Below, one piece after another: positions 61,836 through 64,000 of a stretch of 64,000 nucleotides of DNA; the stretch's first letter is position 1, and each line of letters begins with the position of its first letter. This DNA comes from Eremomyces bilateralis CBS 781.70 (lineage: Eukaryota), in the NCBI GenBank assembly GCA_010015585.1, contig ML975160.1; one strand, 5' to 3'. A model generated the notes under the pieces. It made no database searches, was not told the DNA's origin, and saw only the letters and a list, made by a program, of their open reading frames with translations. Position numbers and translations under genes: made by a program.

Positions 61836-64000
61836 ATGCGCCTCTTAAAGCTCAACGGCAACGGCGGGTTCATCCTGGAGACCTTTGGAACCACGACCCC
61901 TCCTTACGCCATACTTTCTCATACATGGGGAAGCGACAGCGATGAAGTCACATTCAAGGACGTCGTGGACGGTACTGGGAAGAATAAGGCTGGATACCAG
62001 AAGCTGGTATTCTGCGGAGACCAAGCCAAGTCCGACAGTCTATCCTATTTCTGGGTGGACACATGCTGCATCGATAAGTCGGATACCCACGAACTTACGA
62101 AGGCAATCAACTCTATGTTTCGCTGGTACCAGAATGCGACGCGATGCTACGTCTATCTCTCAGACGTTTCTGTACGCACGCAGGATGGGCAGGCTACTCA
62201 TATCGAGTGGGAGTCTTCTATGCGCAATAGCCGATGGTTCGAACGAGGATGGACACTCCAAGAGCTTCTCGCGCCGAAAATAGTTGAATTCTACTCCCGA
62301 GATCACGTCCGACTAGGTGATAGAAAGTCACTCGAACGGCATATCTGCGAGAAAACAGGAATCGCTCTAGAGGCACTCCAGGGCCGTCCACTCCATGGTT
62401 TCAGCGTCGAGGAGAAGTTTCGATGGATAGAGAAGCGGAAAACGACCGAGGAGGAGGACATGGCATACTGTCTCCTTGGAATTTTCGATGTTTTCTTGCC
62501 ACTTATATATAGCGAAGGCAAAGAGAATGCAATGAGAAGGCTGCGACGAGAGATCAAGGACTCTAAGCATAAATCGCGGTCATGTAAGTCTTTGCTATCT
62601 ATTTTGCACCTCCATTTGCTAATGTGCTCCATTGTTTAGACGAAAAGCTATCACGTACTATCCCCTTCGAGCGCAATCTTCGCTTCACCGGTCGCGAATC
62701 CGAGCTTTCTAGAATTGAAAAGCTACTTTTCCAACATGGCCAAACCGTAAAGATCGCAATTACAGGACTTGGAGGCGTAGGGAAGACGCAATTAGCGATC
62801 GAGACTGTCTATCGGACCATGGAGAAACAGAGTGACTGCTCAGTAATTTGGATTCCCGCTACCGATCCCGAAACCCTTCTTCAGGCGTTCTCGGCAGTCG
62901 CCGAAGAGTTGGATATACCTGGAAGAGACAAGCAAGGAGCGGACGTAAGACGTCTAGTTCAGAACTACCTCAGCAACGAAGGCGCGGGCCAGTGGCTGGT
63001 GGTGTTTGACAACGCCGACGACATGGATATGTGGATGGGGAAACCAGCCGAGAGACAATCTATCCGTCTCCTCGACTACCTTCCAAAGAGCAGGCAAGGA
63101 AGCATCCTCTTTACTACGCGAGATAGGAAGGTTGCTACCAAGCTGGCGTCTCAGAATTTGGTAAAAGTCCAAGAAATGAACGCAGAGGTGGCTTCGGAGC
63201 TATTACAGAAATGCTTGATCGGACACGATGTAGCGGCCTGCCAAACAGATACTGAAGCCTTAGTCACACAGCTGACTTACCTGCCGCTCGCCATTGTTCA
63301 GGCGGCAGCGTATATTAATGCGAACGACACCTCGATTACCGACTATCTTTCCTTACTTGATGAGCAGGATACGTCTATAATTGAACTTCTGAGCGAAGAC
63401 TTTGAAGATGACGGCAGATACCGCAATATCAAGAACCCAGTGGCCACAACATGGCTGATATCGTTCGAGCGAATTCAGCAGCACGATTCTTTGGCAGCAG
63501 ACTACTTATCTTTAATGGCATGTATTGAGCCAAAAGATATCCCGCAGAGTTTTTTTCCACCTGGCCCATCTCGCAAGAAGGAGATAGACGCTATCGGGAC
63601 GCTTCACGCCTATTCATTTATTAGTAAACGTCCAACAGATCTTACTGTCGATCTTCATCGGTTAGTACATATAGCTACTCGAAACTGGCTTCAAGAGAAC
63701 GATCAACTGGTCCAGTGGAAAGACAAAGCAGTCGTACGACTAGAGGAAGTTTTTCCCGACAACACCCACACCAACAGGAGCAAATGGAGGGCATACCTGC
63801 CGCACGTGCGCTTTATACTACAGTCTGGCCTCCTTCAGAAGGATTCGAAGAAGCGGACAGATCTCCAACGGAGATATGGAACGTGCCTCGACGCCGACGG
63901 ACGATGGAGTGAGGCAGAGGTCGCTTATTCCCAGGCCCTCGAGATAGAAGAGAAGGAGCTGGGCCCAGAGCATCATTCAACGCTGACCAGCATGGCCTAC
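61836..64000 (+). CDS. Fungal NLR-like protein, HET-NB-ARC-TPR (truncated by the window end)
   Basis: HET domain in exon 1; intron 62584-62639; exon 2 IPFERNLRFTGRE, P-loop GLGGVGKT, WLVVFDNAD, ILFTTR and YLPLAIVQAAAY; TPR start GRWSEAE...LGPEHHSTLTSM. Confidence 0.93.

Noticed and set aside
1..64000. CRISPR arrays, rRNA, spliceosomal snRNAs, intact transposons, PKS/NRPS cluster
   Set aside because: None of their signatures were seen in this eukaryotic window by manual reading.

Overview
Gene-dense, intron-containing genomic DNA from a filamentous ascomycete (Pezizomycotina; short GT-AG introns with CTRAC/CTAAC branch sites). It holds about 23 apparently intact protein genes. Housekeeping genes: carboxypeptidase Y, SDO1, RPS18, adenine deaminase, NOP1, RPL17, RPS22, a PGM/TFC7-like phosphatase, an OSCA/TMEM63 channel and SPF1. 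Metabolic genes: DUF1989, a Zn2Cys6 TF, glutamate decarboxylase, DUF3445, a nitrilase, a ferric reductase and a BVMO. There are two HET-domain immune-type genes, one of them a HET-NB-ARC-TPR NLR running off the right end. RNA genes are an intron-containing tRNA-Glu(CTC) and an snR44-like H/ACA snoRNA inside an RPS22 intron. Decayed genes include a GT90/CAP10 pseudogene, a five-exon orphan with one premature TGA and a probable SRPK-like kinase relic. The most notable non-obvious signals are: (1) a twin-hairpin element with a repeated UAC-bulge motif in the RPS22 5'UTR intron, a candidate autoregulatory RNA; (2) further highly structured introns in NOP1 and the PGM gene; (3) recurrent, orientation-independent C-rich to G-rich skew switches; (4) a shared four-motif ribosomal-gene promoter module; (5) a loose DUF1989/DUF3445 neighbourhood echoing bacterial methylamine catabolism. 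All family calls come from manual motif recognition; no searches were run.
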